Positions 1-9,888 of a stretch of 64,000 bases of DNA are shown piece after piece; the first letter of the stretch is position 1; each line of letters begins with the position of its first letter. Position numbers and translations under genes: made by a program. The notes under the pieces are model-generated. The model did no database searches. It was not told the DNA's origin and saw only the letters and a program-made list of their open reading frames with translations. This stretch comes from a bacterium (GTDB lineage Bacteria > Patescibacteriota > Dojkabacteria > SC72): NCBI GenBank assembly GCA_021463465.1, contig JAJTYH010000003.1, positions 147,549-211,548 of the forward strand, in the 5' to 3' direction.

Positions 1-801
1 ATATTTAACAAGGCCATTCGTCAAACGTTATTCTTTATTCTTCCTGTGATTGCAATTCTTTTGGTTCTTAGACTCCCGATTGTAAGGTTAGTTTATGGAC
101 TAGAGAGTTGGTGGGGTACAGTTACTACTTCATGGTGCTTGGCGCTTTTAACTTTGGCAATTTTGGCACAATCTGTAGTTCTTATTACATTGAGAGCTTT
201 TTATGCATTGCATGAAACTAAATTGCCTCTGATTGCTACAGGCGTTGCTATCATTGTTAATATTGCTGCGAGTTATTACCTGACGAATTTCTTTAGCCAT
301 TACTTTGACTGGCGACCTATCCTTACCCAGATTTGGACACAGTTAAGTACCTTTAATGATGTAGGGCTTTGGGATGTTATTAAGTCTTTTGGTAGTGATG
401 TAATCAAATGGTCTATGTCTCGAAATAATTCCCCAGCCGCTGTTGGTGGATTAGCCTTAGCTACGAGTTTGGCCTGTCTGACCGAGATGATTATCTCACT
501 GTTTTTGATAAATAAGAAAGTGAAGATATTCACCTACTCTAAAAGTATTAAGCCAGTGCTTCCAATTATTTGGAATACCTGTTTTATGATTTTTGGAATG
601 TATTTTATCTTCAAACTTTCAGATTTCAATCTTGATACTAGTCGGACTGTCTATATAATTGCTTTGGTAATAATCACAACTTTTTACGGTCTAGTCTCGT
701 TTGCGTTGGGTTGTAAGGTATTTAGAATCGGCGAATTTGATATACTCCTTGGTAGGATTAAAGAATATGCTGCCCCTTTTATTAAAAAACTGTTGGGCTA
801 A
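1..801 (+). CDS. murJ: Lipid II flippase MurJ/MviN, 5'-truncated by window edge
   Basis: Frame is open from base 1 (IFNKAIRQTLFFILP...LRLPIVRLVYG). Contains the MviN motifs RAFYAL.ETK.P and GLALATS and multiple TM helices. Confidence 0.88.
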   Translation: MFNKAIRQTLFFILPVIAILLVLRLPIVRLVYGLESWWGTVTTSWCLALLTLAILAQSVVLITLRAFYALHETKLPLIATGVAIIVNIAASYYLTNFFSHYFDWRPILTQIWTQLSTFNDVGLWDVIKSFGSDVIKWSMSRNNSPAAVGGLALATSLACLTEMIISLFLINKKVKIFTYSKSIKPVLPIIWNTCFMIFGMYFIFKLSDFNLDTSRTVYIIALVIITTFYGLVSFALGCKVFRIGEFDILLGRIKEYAAPFIKKLLG

Positions 802-1442
802 TGAAAAGCAGAATGCGTTACAAGAAAAAACCTCCTCTTTTAATACTTTCAATCCTTTCGTTACTAATTGTTATTATCCTTTCATGTTTACTGGTTTGGT
901 TAGTATTGTTGCGGGAGTATAAGGCGTGGGAAAAAGATTTTGAAGAAGGCAAAGACGAGGGTAGTTACATAGTGCTCTCCGATACGAGCTTAAGAGATAA
1001 CGCAGAGAAGAAACTTCTGATATTTTCTAAGAGTAACACTAAGGTTGATTTTGTTGAGCTTTCGGATCGTGAATTTCTCTTTCTTATTGGTGAAAGCTTA
1101 AATACATCTTTGCCACTCGGAATTCAGTACAAAAAGGGTTATGTGGAATCAAATAAAGGTTTCTGGGATGTTTATGTACAAACCAACCTTAAGAGTTTTG
1201 AGCTTCCATGGTTGGTATTTAGGCTTCAGAAAGATCAAACTGAGACACCTCAAATTTATGTCGATAGGATGTCGGTGGGAAATTTTGACTTCACTGATTA
1301 TGGAGCAGGGTTGGTGATTAATAAGATTAATAAGGGTATTAATGAGGCAATATTACTCGTGAATGAATCGGACTTTACAGGTAGGGTTTTTCAAAATATT
1401 GAATTGGAAAAGGGAAAAGTTATTATTAAAGGCGAGAAGTAG
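801..1442 (+). CDS. Hypothetical protein with N-terminal membrane anchor
   Basis: Basic N-terminus plus about 25 hydrophobic residues; start overlaps the murJ stop (TAATG). Confidence 0.7.
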   Translation: MKSRMRYKKKPPLLILSILSLLIVIILSCLLVWLVLLREYKAWEKDFEEGKDEGSYIVLSDTSLRDNAEKKLLIFSKSNTKVDFVELSDREFLFLIGESLNTSLPLGIQYKKGYVESNKGFWDVYVQTNLKSFELPWLVFRLQKDQTETPQIYVDRMSVGNFDFTDYGAGLVINKINKGINEAILLVNESDFTGRVFQNIELEKGKVIIKGEK

Positions 1443-1508
1443 GTCCTGTATAGATTTTATATCGGTTTGGGTGTAAAATTTCTCCACTAAAATTTTAATT
1501 TAGCTTTT

Positions 1509-2051
1509 ATGTCTTTTACTGATACTGACAAAACACCAACTTTGGCATTGGAAACACCTGAGTTGCATACTGCTCTATATTATTTCCCTAACCTAGAACA
1601 GGATCTAAAAACATTACATCAAAGAAAGCTACAGTTAGAGAAGGCTGTTCCTGATATGGACTTAAATGTCTTGATTGATGAATATGCCAAACTATTAGAA
1701 AATAAACCTACTTTGGCGATAAGCAACGTTGGTGAAAAAGAAATCCACATGATATGCTTTTTCCGTATGTTAGACACAGAAATGGGAGTGAAAGCTCAAT
1801 ACCATTCCAGAGTCGGTGGTGAAAGAGGTTTCTATACTGATGCGCCAGGCTCAAAAGAGAAAGCAGTTTCGCTTTTACATTGTAACAAGAGGTTAGGTTA
1901 TACACAAAAGGCTAGAGAGGTCCTAGTCGCCGCAATGGCTTTAACTTTAGGGTTAGGAATGGAAAGTATGTCGCCAGAACAATTTCAAGAAATGCTTGAA
2001 TGTATCCCCCAATTGGAAAATTGTGTTGAAAGCATTGTACCCGAAAAGTAG
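1509..2051 (+). CDS. Hypothetical soluble protein (orphan)
   Basis: 180-aa ORF filling the gap; upstream -10-like TAAAAT motifs; no recognisable domain. Confidence 0.6.
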   Translation: MSFTDTDKTPTLALETPELHTALYYFPNLEQDLKTLHQRKLQLEKAVPDMDLNVLIDEYAKLLENKPTLAISNVGEKEIHMICFFRMLDTEMGVKAQYHSRVGGERGFYTDAPGSKEKAVSLLHCNKRLGYTQKAREVLVAAMALTLGLGMESMSPEQFQEMLECIPQLENCVESIVPEK

Positions 2052-2104
2052 TTTTAATCTTTATCTCGGATCAAGCCTTTTGACACTCGCATTACTTGTG
2101 TCGC

Positions 2105-2133
2105 TTGACAGTTAGCTTTTACACTATTAGAAT
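2105..2133 (+). promoter_or_regulatory. Sigma70-type promoter of groES-groEL
   Basis: TTGACA (2105-2110), 17-nt spacer, TAGAAT (2128-2133). Confidence 0.8.
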
Positions 2134-2159
2134 TGGCAGTTAGTATATTTCTTTGCTAA
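2133..2159 (+). promoter_or_regulatory. CIRCE-like (HrcA) operator, variant
   Basis: TTGGCAGTT-N9-CTTTGCTAA versus consensus TTAGCACTC-N9-GAGTGCTAA (12/18), lying over the predicted transcription start of groES. Confidence 0.65.
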
Positions 2160-2180
2160 TTAATTTTTGAGCTAATCAAT

Positions 2181-2465
2181 ATGGCTGAAGTAAAATTACA
2201 ACCTTTAGGCAAGCGAATTCTCGTTCAACCCGAAGAAGTCGAAGAGAAGACAGCTGCTGGATTATACATCCCCGCTAATGCAAATGAAGATAAGAAGCCT
2301 GCAAGTGGAAAAGTGCTTAAACTTGGAACTGCAGATAAATCTAAATTCCCTATGAAAGTTGGAGACAGAGTATTTTTTAAGAAGTATTCCCCAGAAGAGA
2401 TGATCGTTGATGGTAATAAGTATCTTATCATCGAGTGCGATGATGTAATTGCCGTAATCGGCTAA
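2181..2465 (+). CDS. groES: Co-chaperonin GroES
   Basis: LQPLGKRILV, EEKTAAGLYIP, KVGDRV motifs; 94 aa; directly upstream of groEL. Confidence 0.97.
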   Translation: MAEVKLQPLGKRILVQPEEVEEKTAAGLYIPANANEDKKPASGKVLKLGTADKSKFPMKVGDRVFFKKYSPEEMIVDGNKYLIIECDDVIAVIG

Positions 2466-2470
2466 TTTAA

Positions 2471-4111
<1,641 letters not shown>

Positions 4112-4117
4112 TCATTC

Positions 4118-4612
4118 TTATCCGAAGATGAAGGCGCGTAGGCGACCGTAGCCTGCGCGCTTTGCTATATGTTTCCAATTAGTTTCGAGCCAGAGATTCG
4201 AAGCCGCATACATTTTCCCAAGACCTCTTTTTTCTAACTCTTTTTCCACGACCCTTCCTTTGTGAGGATGTTCGACGGAACGCTGAAGTGGAGAGTGAAA
4301 ACCGTGAGTGTAATGAACAAGCTCATGAGCAATTGTCGCGTCAATAAGCATCTCAGGCACATCTTCACTTTTAAAAAGAGAAGTTATAGTAATTATTGAG
4401 ATTCTTTTATCATCTACAATTCTATATTCATCAAGCTTCTTTAACATCAAAGTCTTGATTTTGGCTCTAGGTGAAGCCCATTTGATTGATCCTAACTGTC
4501 TGGATGAACCTTTACCGAATTTGATTAGAACGAGGTTATGTCTAGGGACGTCGGTAAAGAAGTTTTCCCATATGAAATAGAGTCTTTGTTCGAGGTATAC
4601 GTTATCTCTCAT
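4118..4612 (-). CDS. SprT-like/M48-type zinc metalloprotease domain protein
   Basis: IAHELVH (HExxH) followed by a downstream HPHKG; SprT-like size and layout. Confidence 0.75.
   Translation of the reverse strand: MRDNVYLEQRLYFIWENFFTDVPRHNLVLIKFGKGSSRQLGSIKWASPRAKIKTLMLKKLDEYRIVDDKRISIITITSLFKSEDVPEMLIDATIAHELVHYTHGFHSPLQRSVEHPHKGRVVEKELEKRGLGKMYAASNLWLETNWKHIAKRAGYGRLRAFIFG
4134..4164 (+). terminator. Probable groEL terminator hairpin inside the convergent CDS
   Basis: GCGCGTAGGC-GACCGTA-GCCTGCGCGC (10-bp stem, one G-U) followed by TTTG, 22 nt after the groEL stop. Confidence 0.6.
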
Positions 4613-4633
4613 ATGATATTATATATCCAATAT

Positions 4634-6361
4634 ATGATACTGCCTAAACTTCGTGTTCTCACAAGAACTTTAAAATTTGTATACGATGGTAGAAAATGGT
4701 CAGTTTTGTCGAGAGAATTACTGTTAATCGTTGGTGTGTTTATAGATCTGTACAGCATTACTTTGTGGGGTAAATTCATTGATACTACTGGAGAATTTTT
4801 TCTAACTGGAACCAAGTTTATCCTTAAAGATTACTTTATATCTGATTCTTTTTTCTATTTAGCGTTGGCAACTGGATGTTGGTTGCTTTCTTTCTCAATA
4901 ATAAGACTGAGGAACTTTTTGGCAGAGGATATTCATCAGCACTTAAACTTTGCTGCCAGAACAGTCTTCTTTGAGAAGATTGCTAAATCTAATCTCGAAG
5001 ATATTGAATCCAAGGATTTTCGGGACCTTATGACGTTCACTGACTATTTTGGTCCTGCTAATCTGTGGAGTACTTACTCCACATTTACCTTAATTGTTAA
5101 AAATTTGGTGACAGGTATATCGGCATTAGCCATTCTGTCAAGCAATGTTGGACTTTGGTCACTTGCCATTGTTGTCATGGTTCTTCCTGAGACAGTTTTT
5201 GGCTATTTAGGGAGAAAGAAGATCAAGCATTATCACGATAAAAAAGTTGAGAGAATGAAGTGGACAAACTATGTAGAGAATCTGATGACACGAATTAATA
5301 CATTCCAGGAGATGAAAGTTGACGGAACTTTCACAAGTATTAAAAAAGAATACGGAGAAAAAACCTTTAGCTCTATGAGTGACGTTTTAGATTTAAATAA
5401 ACACCTGTATATCGATACGACATTCTTTTCTGTAATAGGAAAAGTATTGTTTACAATCTTTACTATCCTTATGCTCGCAGTGGCTATGGCTAAAAGTTTC
5501 ACCATTGGTTCTTTTAAAGCCATGTACGATTATTCATTAACCATCTACATGTCTTTTTATGATGTGTTTGATATGTCTTTTAACATCTTTAATTTTCTTG
5601 AATACAACGATAAGTTTTTTAAATTCAATGACTTCCAAGGTTTTGGAGATGCTGTTCATGGAGAGAAGACCTTGGGTACGAATGTACCTTCCCTGGAATT
5701 TAAGGGCATGGATTTTGAATATCCGGATGGTACTGATAAGGTGTTGGAGAATCTTAACATGAGAATTGAGCCAGGTGAAAAGGTTATGATTATAGGGGAT
5801 GATGGCAGTGGTAAATCAACCCTTATTAAAATCCTGTGTGGATTGTACAGAGTTATCGTAGGAGATTTCGAGGTTGGCGGTTACTCTATTCGAGAATTGG
5901 GCAGGGGACAACTGAAACATAAAGTATCGGTAGTTTTTCAAGATTTCGTGAACTACAACACGTCACTCAAAAAAAATATAACGATGTCCTCAGAGGGTAG
6001 TAGAATTAATCACGCCGTTTATGAGCAGGTACTTAAAATTTCTGGAGTTGATAAATTAATGAAGCATTTTGATATCTCTGAAAATCAAATTTTGGGGAAA
6101 TATACCGCAAGAGGAAAAGATGTATCTCCGGGTTTCTGGCAGCGTTTGGCTATTGCTCGTATGCTGTACCGTAATCGCCAAATCTTTATTCTTGACGAGC
6201 CTTTTACCTACATTGACGATGGGGAAGAAGATAGGATTCTTAAAGAGCTAATGGATTTTGTTGGTGACAAAACTGTTATATACATTACTAGGGATAGTCG
6301 TCATAAAAAATACTTTGATAAAATATATCACTTGAAAAAAGGTAAACTTTTTAAAATCTAA
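4634..6361 (+). CDS. ABC exporter, fused TMD-NBD, with degenerate NBD motifs
   Basis: TM domain followed by Walker A GDDGSGKST, Q-loop VFQD and Walker B FILDEP; signature reads VSPGF. Start moved to ATG 4634 because the track start 4538 overlaps the divergent gene. Confidence 0.88.
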   Translation: MILPKLRVLTRTLKFVYDGRKWSVLSRELLLIVGVFIDLYSITLWGKFIDTTGEFFLTGTKFILKDYFISDSFFYLALATGCWLLSFSIIRLRNFLAEDIHQHLNFAARTVFFEKIAKSNLEDIESKDFRDLMTFTDYFGPANLWSTYSTFTLIVKNLVTGISALAILSSNVGLWSLAIVVMVLPETVFGYLGRKKIKHYHDKKVERMKWTNYVENLMTRINTFQEMKVDGTFTSIKKEYGEKTFSSMSDVLDLNKHLYIDTTFFSVIGKVLFTIFTILMLAVAMAKSFTIGSFKAMYDYSLTIYMSFYDVFDMSFNIFNFLEYNDKFFKFNDFQGFGDAVHGEKTLGTNVPSLEFKGMDFEYPDGTDKVLENLNMRIEPGEKVMIIGDDGSGKSTLIKILCGLYRVIVGDFEVGGYSIRELGRGQLKHKVSVVFQDFVNYNTSLKKNITMSSEGSRINHAVYEQVLKISGVDKLMKHFDISENQILGKYTARGKDVSPGFWQRLAIARMLYRNRQIFILDEPFTYIDDGEEDRILKELMDFVGDKTVIYITRDSRHKKYFDKIYHLKKGKLFKI

Positions 6362-7006
6362 ATGGTTGAACTTCTGCTTTGGGGAATAGTTATAGCGGGG
6401 TATCTGTTAGCCCTTTATCTTGTCTACCGTACAATTGTTTTTGGACTTTCACTTTCGCGCGAGGCACCTTTTGTGCCTTCAAACCTCAAACTTGCAACTG
6501 AAGCACTTAGACTACTAGGTATTAAGAAGGGTGATCAATTTATTGATATAGGGTCAGGTGTTGGAATGGTGGTTTTTCTTGCTTCGAAATTGAGCAAAGG
6601 AGTTGCCACATACTCTGGCATTGAGCAGAGTAAGGCTTTAACTCTTCAGTCTAAAATTAAGCAGGTTTTTTCTCGCTATAATAAGCAAATCTCCTTTGTA
6701 AATGGTGATGCTCTGGTATATAATTACACAGGTTTTAACGAAGTGTATCTGTATATGACTACTCATATGACAGACATGTTGATGCATAACCTATCCAAAC
6801 AACTTCCCGCAAACGCCAAGGTTGTTTCAGTGGCATTTGGTATGGGTTCTTTTATGAAATCTCATAAAGTAGAGGTTCATAAGGTTGTTATGGGAGACAA
6901 GGAGCATAACTTGTATTTATGGAAAAATGGAAATTCTGTACGGAAAACCGGTAGCAGACAGAATACTAAGCCGTATAAGTCAAGAAATAAAAAGTCTAGA
7001 AATTAA
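6362..7006 (+). CDS. Class I SAM-dependent methyltransferase with N-terminal TM
   Basis: APFVPS and DIGSGVG (motif I), GIE, GDAL. Confidence 0.8.
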   Translation: MVELLLWGIVIAGYLLALYLVYRTIVFGLSLSREAPFVPSNLKLATEALRLLGIKKGDQFIDIGSGVGMVVFLASKLSKGVATYSGIEQSKALTLQSKIKQVFSRYNKQISFVNGDALVYNYTGFNEVYLYMTTHMTDMLMHNLSKQLPANAKVVSVAFGMGSFMKSHKVEVHKVVMGDKEHNLYLWKNGNSVRKTGSRQNTKPYKSRNKKSRN

Positions 7007-7766
7007 ACCTCAGTTAGACATTGTTCTTGTAGGTTCAAATCTTCCTAGCGAGAAATATGTGAAAATGAAGATGGAAAAAGCTGCCTTTATAGGTATTGAA
7101 ACTGTACTTCATCGTTTTGAAGAGGATGTCACTGAAGAAGTCTTAATAGATGAAGTGCTCCGGCTAAATGAAGCTCCTGAAGTTAATGGAATCATGGTCC
7201 AGATGCCTCTACCAAAAGGAATAGAAGTTTCAAGAGTGTTGGAAATAATTCGTCCAGTTAAGGATGTTGACGGTTTGAATATCCCATCCTTAAAAGAAAG
7301 CTTAACTGTTCCGGCGGAGAGGCACTTTCCTGCAACTGCAAAAGCTGTGATGGAGATTCTCACTTATTACAATGTGCCATTGAAAGGTAAGGTAGTTGTG
7401 GTTTTGGGATCAAGTTTGTATGTTGGTCGTCCAGTTGCAGCGGGTTTGTTATACGAGGGAGCGGAAGTAAATCTATGTGACATAAATACTGGTAATAACG
7501 ACTCTAAAATCCGTAGCGCAGATGTAGTGGTAAGTTGTACGGGAGTGTATGGAATCGTATCTGAAAAGAATGCTAAACCAGGAAGCGTGATTATTGATGT
7601 GGGAATAAACTTTATAGAGGGTAAGATGGTTGGTGATGTTGACTACACTTCGGTGACAGGTCTTTGTGCTGCGATAAGCCCTGTTCCTGGAGGAGTTGGT
7701 CCTGTAACAATCGCTTGCCTACTCTCTAATACTTTAAAGGCATATAAACAGCAGAATGAGCTTTGA
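6927..7766 (+). CDS. folD: Methylenetetrahydrofolate dehydrogenase/cyclohydrolase
   Basis: YVKMK, GIMVQMPLP, KDVDG, IDVGIN, SPVPGGVGP. Likely start is ATG 6927 (MEILYGK). Confidence 0.95.
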   Translation: MEILYGKPVADRILSRISQEIKSLEIKPQLDIVLVGSNLPSEKYVKMKMEKAAFIGIETVLHRFEEDVTEEVLIDEVLRLNEAPEVNGIMVQMPLPKGIEVSRVLEIIRPVKDVDGLNIPSLKESLTVPAERHFPATAKAVMEILTYYNVPLKGKVVVVLGSSLYVGRPVAAGLLYEGAEVNLCDINTGNNDSKIRSADVVVSCTGVYGIVSEKNAKPGSVIIDVGINFIEGKMVGDVDYTSVTGLCAAISPVPGGVGPVTIACLLSNTLKAYKQQNEL

Positions 7767-8955
7767 TATAAATCAAATAAAAAATCAGTTCCCTTTATTA
7801 AAAGGCAATCCCGACCTAGTCTATTTGGATAGCGCCTCAACTACGCACAAACCCAAAGTGGTACTCAATGCTATGAACGATTTTTATATCAGTTCAAATG
7901 CGAATGTTCACAGAGGATTGTACGACTTATCTCATAAAGCCGATACATCCTGGATTGATGCACACAGAAAAGTAGCTCAGTTTATTAATGCCTTGCCTGA
8001 GGAAGTTTTCTTCGTAAAGAATGCAACTGAAGGTATAAACTGGTTTGCTCAAACTGCCAGAGATCAAATATTAAAAGAAGGTGATGTAGTTGTAATTACG
8101 CAGATGGAACACCACAGCAATATCCTTCCATGGTCAGCTATTCAACAGAGATTAGATATTCAACTAGAAAGACTAATGCTAAATAAAGATAGTAGAGTGG
8201 ATCTGGATCATCTAACTGAACTGTTTGGAAAGTATGGAGAAAGAATTAAGATTATATCGTTAGCCCATATGTCCAATGTGTTAGGTGTAACTAACGATGT
8301 TAAGTCTATTACTAAACTTGCTCGTAAGTATGGAGCAATGGTTCTGGTGGATGGGACTCAGAGTGTTGCACACCTGTCAGTAGATGTTAAAGAGTTAGAT
8401 TGTGATATTTTTGTATTTTCAGGTCACAAGATGTATGGACCTACAGGTATAGGAGTAGTATATGGGAAAAGAAATATATTAGAAAATTTAGATCCTGTAT
8501 GGCAGGGTGGTGAGATGGTAGATAATGTTTCGGAAAATGTAGTGTTCAAAAATTTACCATGGAAGTTTGAGGCAGGTACTCCGAATATTGCTGGTGGTAT
8601 CGGATTGGCTAAAGCTGCAGAGTGGTTAAATTCAATTGAAGGACGCTTTGAATATGAGAAAGAACTCTCAAACTATCTTTACTTAGCAATATCAAAGCAT
8701 CCTTCTTCAGTGAAAGTGTTATCACAACCTTCTTCAATTTTATCTTTTGTTATGGATGGTGTTCATGCTCACGATATTGCAAGTGAGTTTAACGAATTAG
8801 GAATTTGCATACGATCTGGATACCACTGCGCTCAACCTCTTCATGAAAAGTTGAAAATTAAAGGTAGTGCCCGAGTTAGCTTAGGGATATACAACACCAA
8901 AGGCGATGTCGACAAGTTTATTCAAGGCTTAGATCAGTTAAAGAGATATGAATAA
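7756..8955 (+). CDS. sufS: Cysteine desulfurase SufS
   Basis: YLDSAST, ANVHRG, FSGHKMYGPTGIG, FEAGTP, RSGYHCAQP (group II). Confidence 0.95.
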   Translation: MSFDINQIKNQFPLLKGNPDLVYLDSASTTHKPKVVLNAMNDFYISSNANVHRGLYDLSHKADTSWIDAHRKVAQFINALPEEVFFVKNATEGINWFAQTARDQILKEGDVVVITQMEHHSNILPWSAIQQRLDIQLERLMLNKDSRVDLDHLTELFGKYGERIKIISLAHMSNVLGVTNDVKSITKLARKYGAMVLVDGTQSVAHLSVDVKELDCDIFVFSGHKMYGPTGIGVVYGKRNILENLDPVWQGGEMVDNVSENVVFKNLPWKFEAGTPNIAGGIGLAKAAEWLNSIEGRFEYEKELSNYLYLAISKHPSSVKVLSQPSSILSFVMDGVHAHDIASEFNELGICIRSGYHCAQPLHEKLKIKGSARVSLGIYNTKGDVDKFIQGLDQLKRYE

Positions 8956-9304
8956 AGATTTGGTAATAAGCAGGTATAAAAATCCTAAAAATTTCGGCGT
9001 AATTAAGGACTCTTTAGTGGGCGAATCGGTTAACTACTCTTGTGGAGACGAGATTAAGGTTTCAATTAAACAGACAGATGGTGAAGTAAAAGAGTGCAAA
9101 TTCAATGGAACGGGTTGTTCAATATGTATTGCTTCTACTGATTTGCTACTTGATTCTATTAAAAATAAAAAAACTAATGAGGTCCTTAACCTTCCAAATT
9201 CTTATATATTCAACCTGATTGGGATGGAATCCGAGAGTGCTCGCTGGCGCTGCGCAACTCTGGGACTGGAAGCTGTTAAGAGCGCTCTTCATAGTGTAAA
9301 ATAA
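8948..9304 (+). CDS. sufU: SufU/IscU-type Fe-S scaffold or sulfur acceptor
   Basis: NPKNFG, SCGD, GCSICIAS, RWRCA; coupled to sufS. Confidence 0.85.
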   Translation: MNKDLVISRYKNPKNFGVIKDSLVGESVNYSCGDEIKVSIKQTDGEVKECKFNGTGCSICIASTDLLLDSIKNKKTNEVLNLPNSYIFNLIGMESESARWRCATLGLEAVKSALHSVK

Positions 9305-9312
9305 GCGTTGTT

Positions 9313-9879
9313 ATGATATTTTTAGATATTGAAACTAAAGCTGTAGAGAACTTTGACTTCAGTAAACTGAATGAGTTTCAAATTTCATATACTGGAGTTA
9401 TTGATGATAATGGTAATGAGGTTGATTTTTGGGAAGAGGACATACCTAAACTCAAACCTATTTTAGAGGCAACTGATTGGATTGTTGGTTACAACAGCAT
9501 CAGTTTCGATTTGCCTGTTATTGCCAATTACCTCGGGACGGAAGTAAACGAGTTGCCACAGATTGATTTGATGGTGGCAGTTCATAAACAGATTGGATTT
9601 CGACCTAAGTTAGACGATCTGGTGTCGGCTACTTTGGGTAGGAGCAAAATCGGAAAAGGGCTTGATGCAACTATTTATTGGGCTAATGGGGAACTTGATA
9701 AACTAAGGGAGTACTGTATGGAAGATGTCCGACTGACTCGAGATTTGTATGAATTTGGGAAGAAAAACGGTTATGTGAATTACTATGATAAGCAGGGCTT
9801 CGTTAGGCAAACCAAAGTTGACTGGGAATTAGGTAAGAAAGTGAAAAAACCAGTTGAACAAAACCTCTCACTCTTCTAA
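9313..9879 (+). CDS. RNase_H_2/YprB-like DEDD 3'-5' exonuclease domain protein
   Basis: FLDIET, VGYNSISFDLP, YCMEDV. Confidence 0.85.
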   Translation: MIFLDIETKAVENFDFSKLNEFQISYTGVIDDNGNEVDFWEEDIPKLKPILEATDWIVGYNSISFDLPVIANYLGTEVNELPQIDLMVAVHKQIGFRPKLDDLVSATLGRSKIGKGLDATIYWANGELDKLREYCMEDVRLTRDLYEFGKKNGYVNYYDKQGFVRQTKVDWELGKKVKKPVEQNLSLF

Positions 9880-9888
9880 TATACTTAT

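Noticed and set aside
2080-2106. Second CIRCE-like half-site TTGACACTC upstream of the groES promoter
   Set aside because: The right arm at 9-nt spacing matches the consensus poorly.
6927-7006. 80-nt overlap of the methyltransferase tail with folD as a programmed frameshift
   Set aside because: No convincing slippery site or structure; most simply a lost stop codon giving a basic tail.
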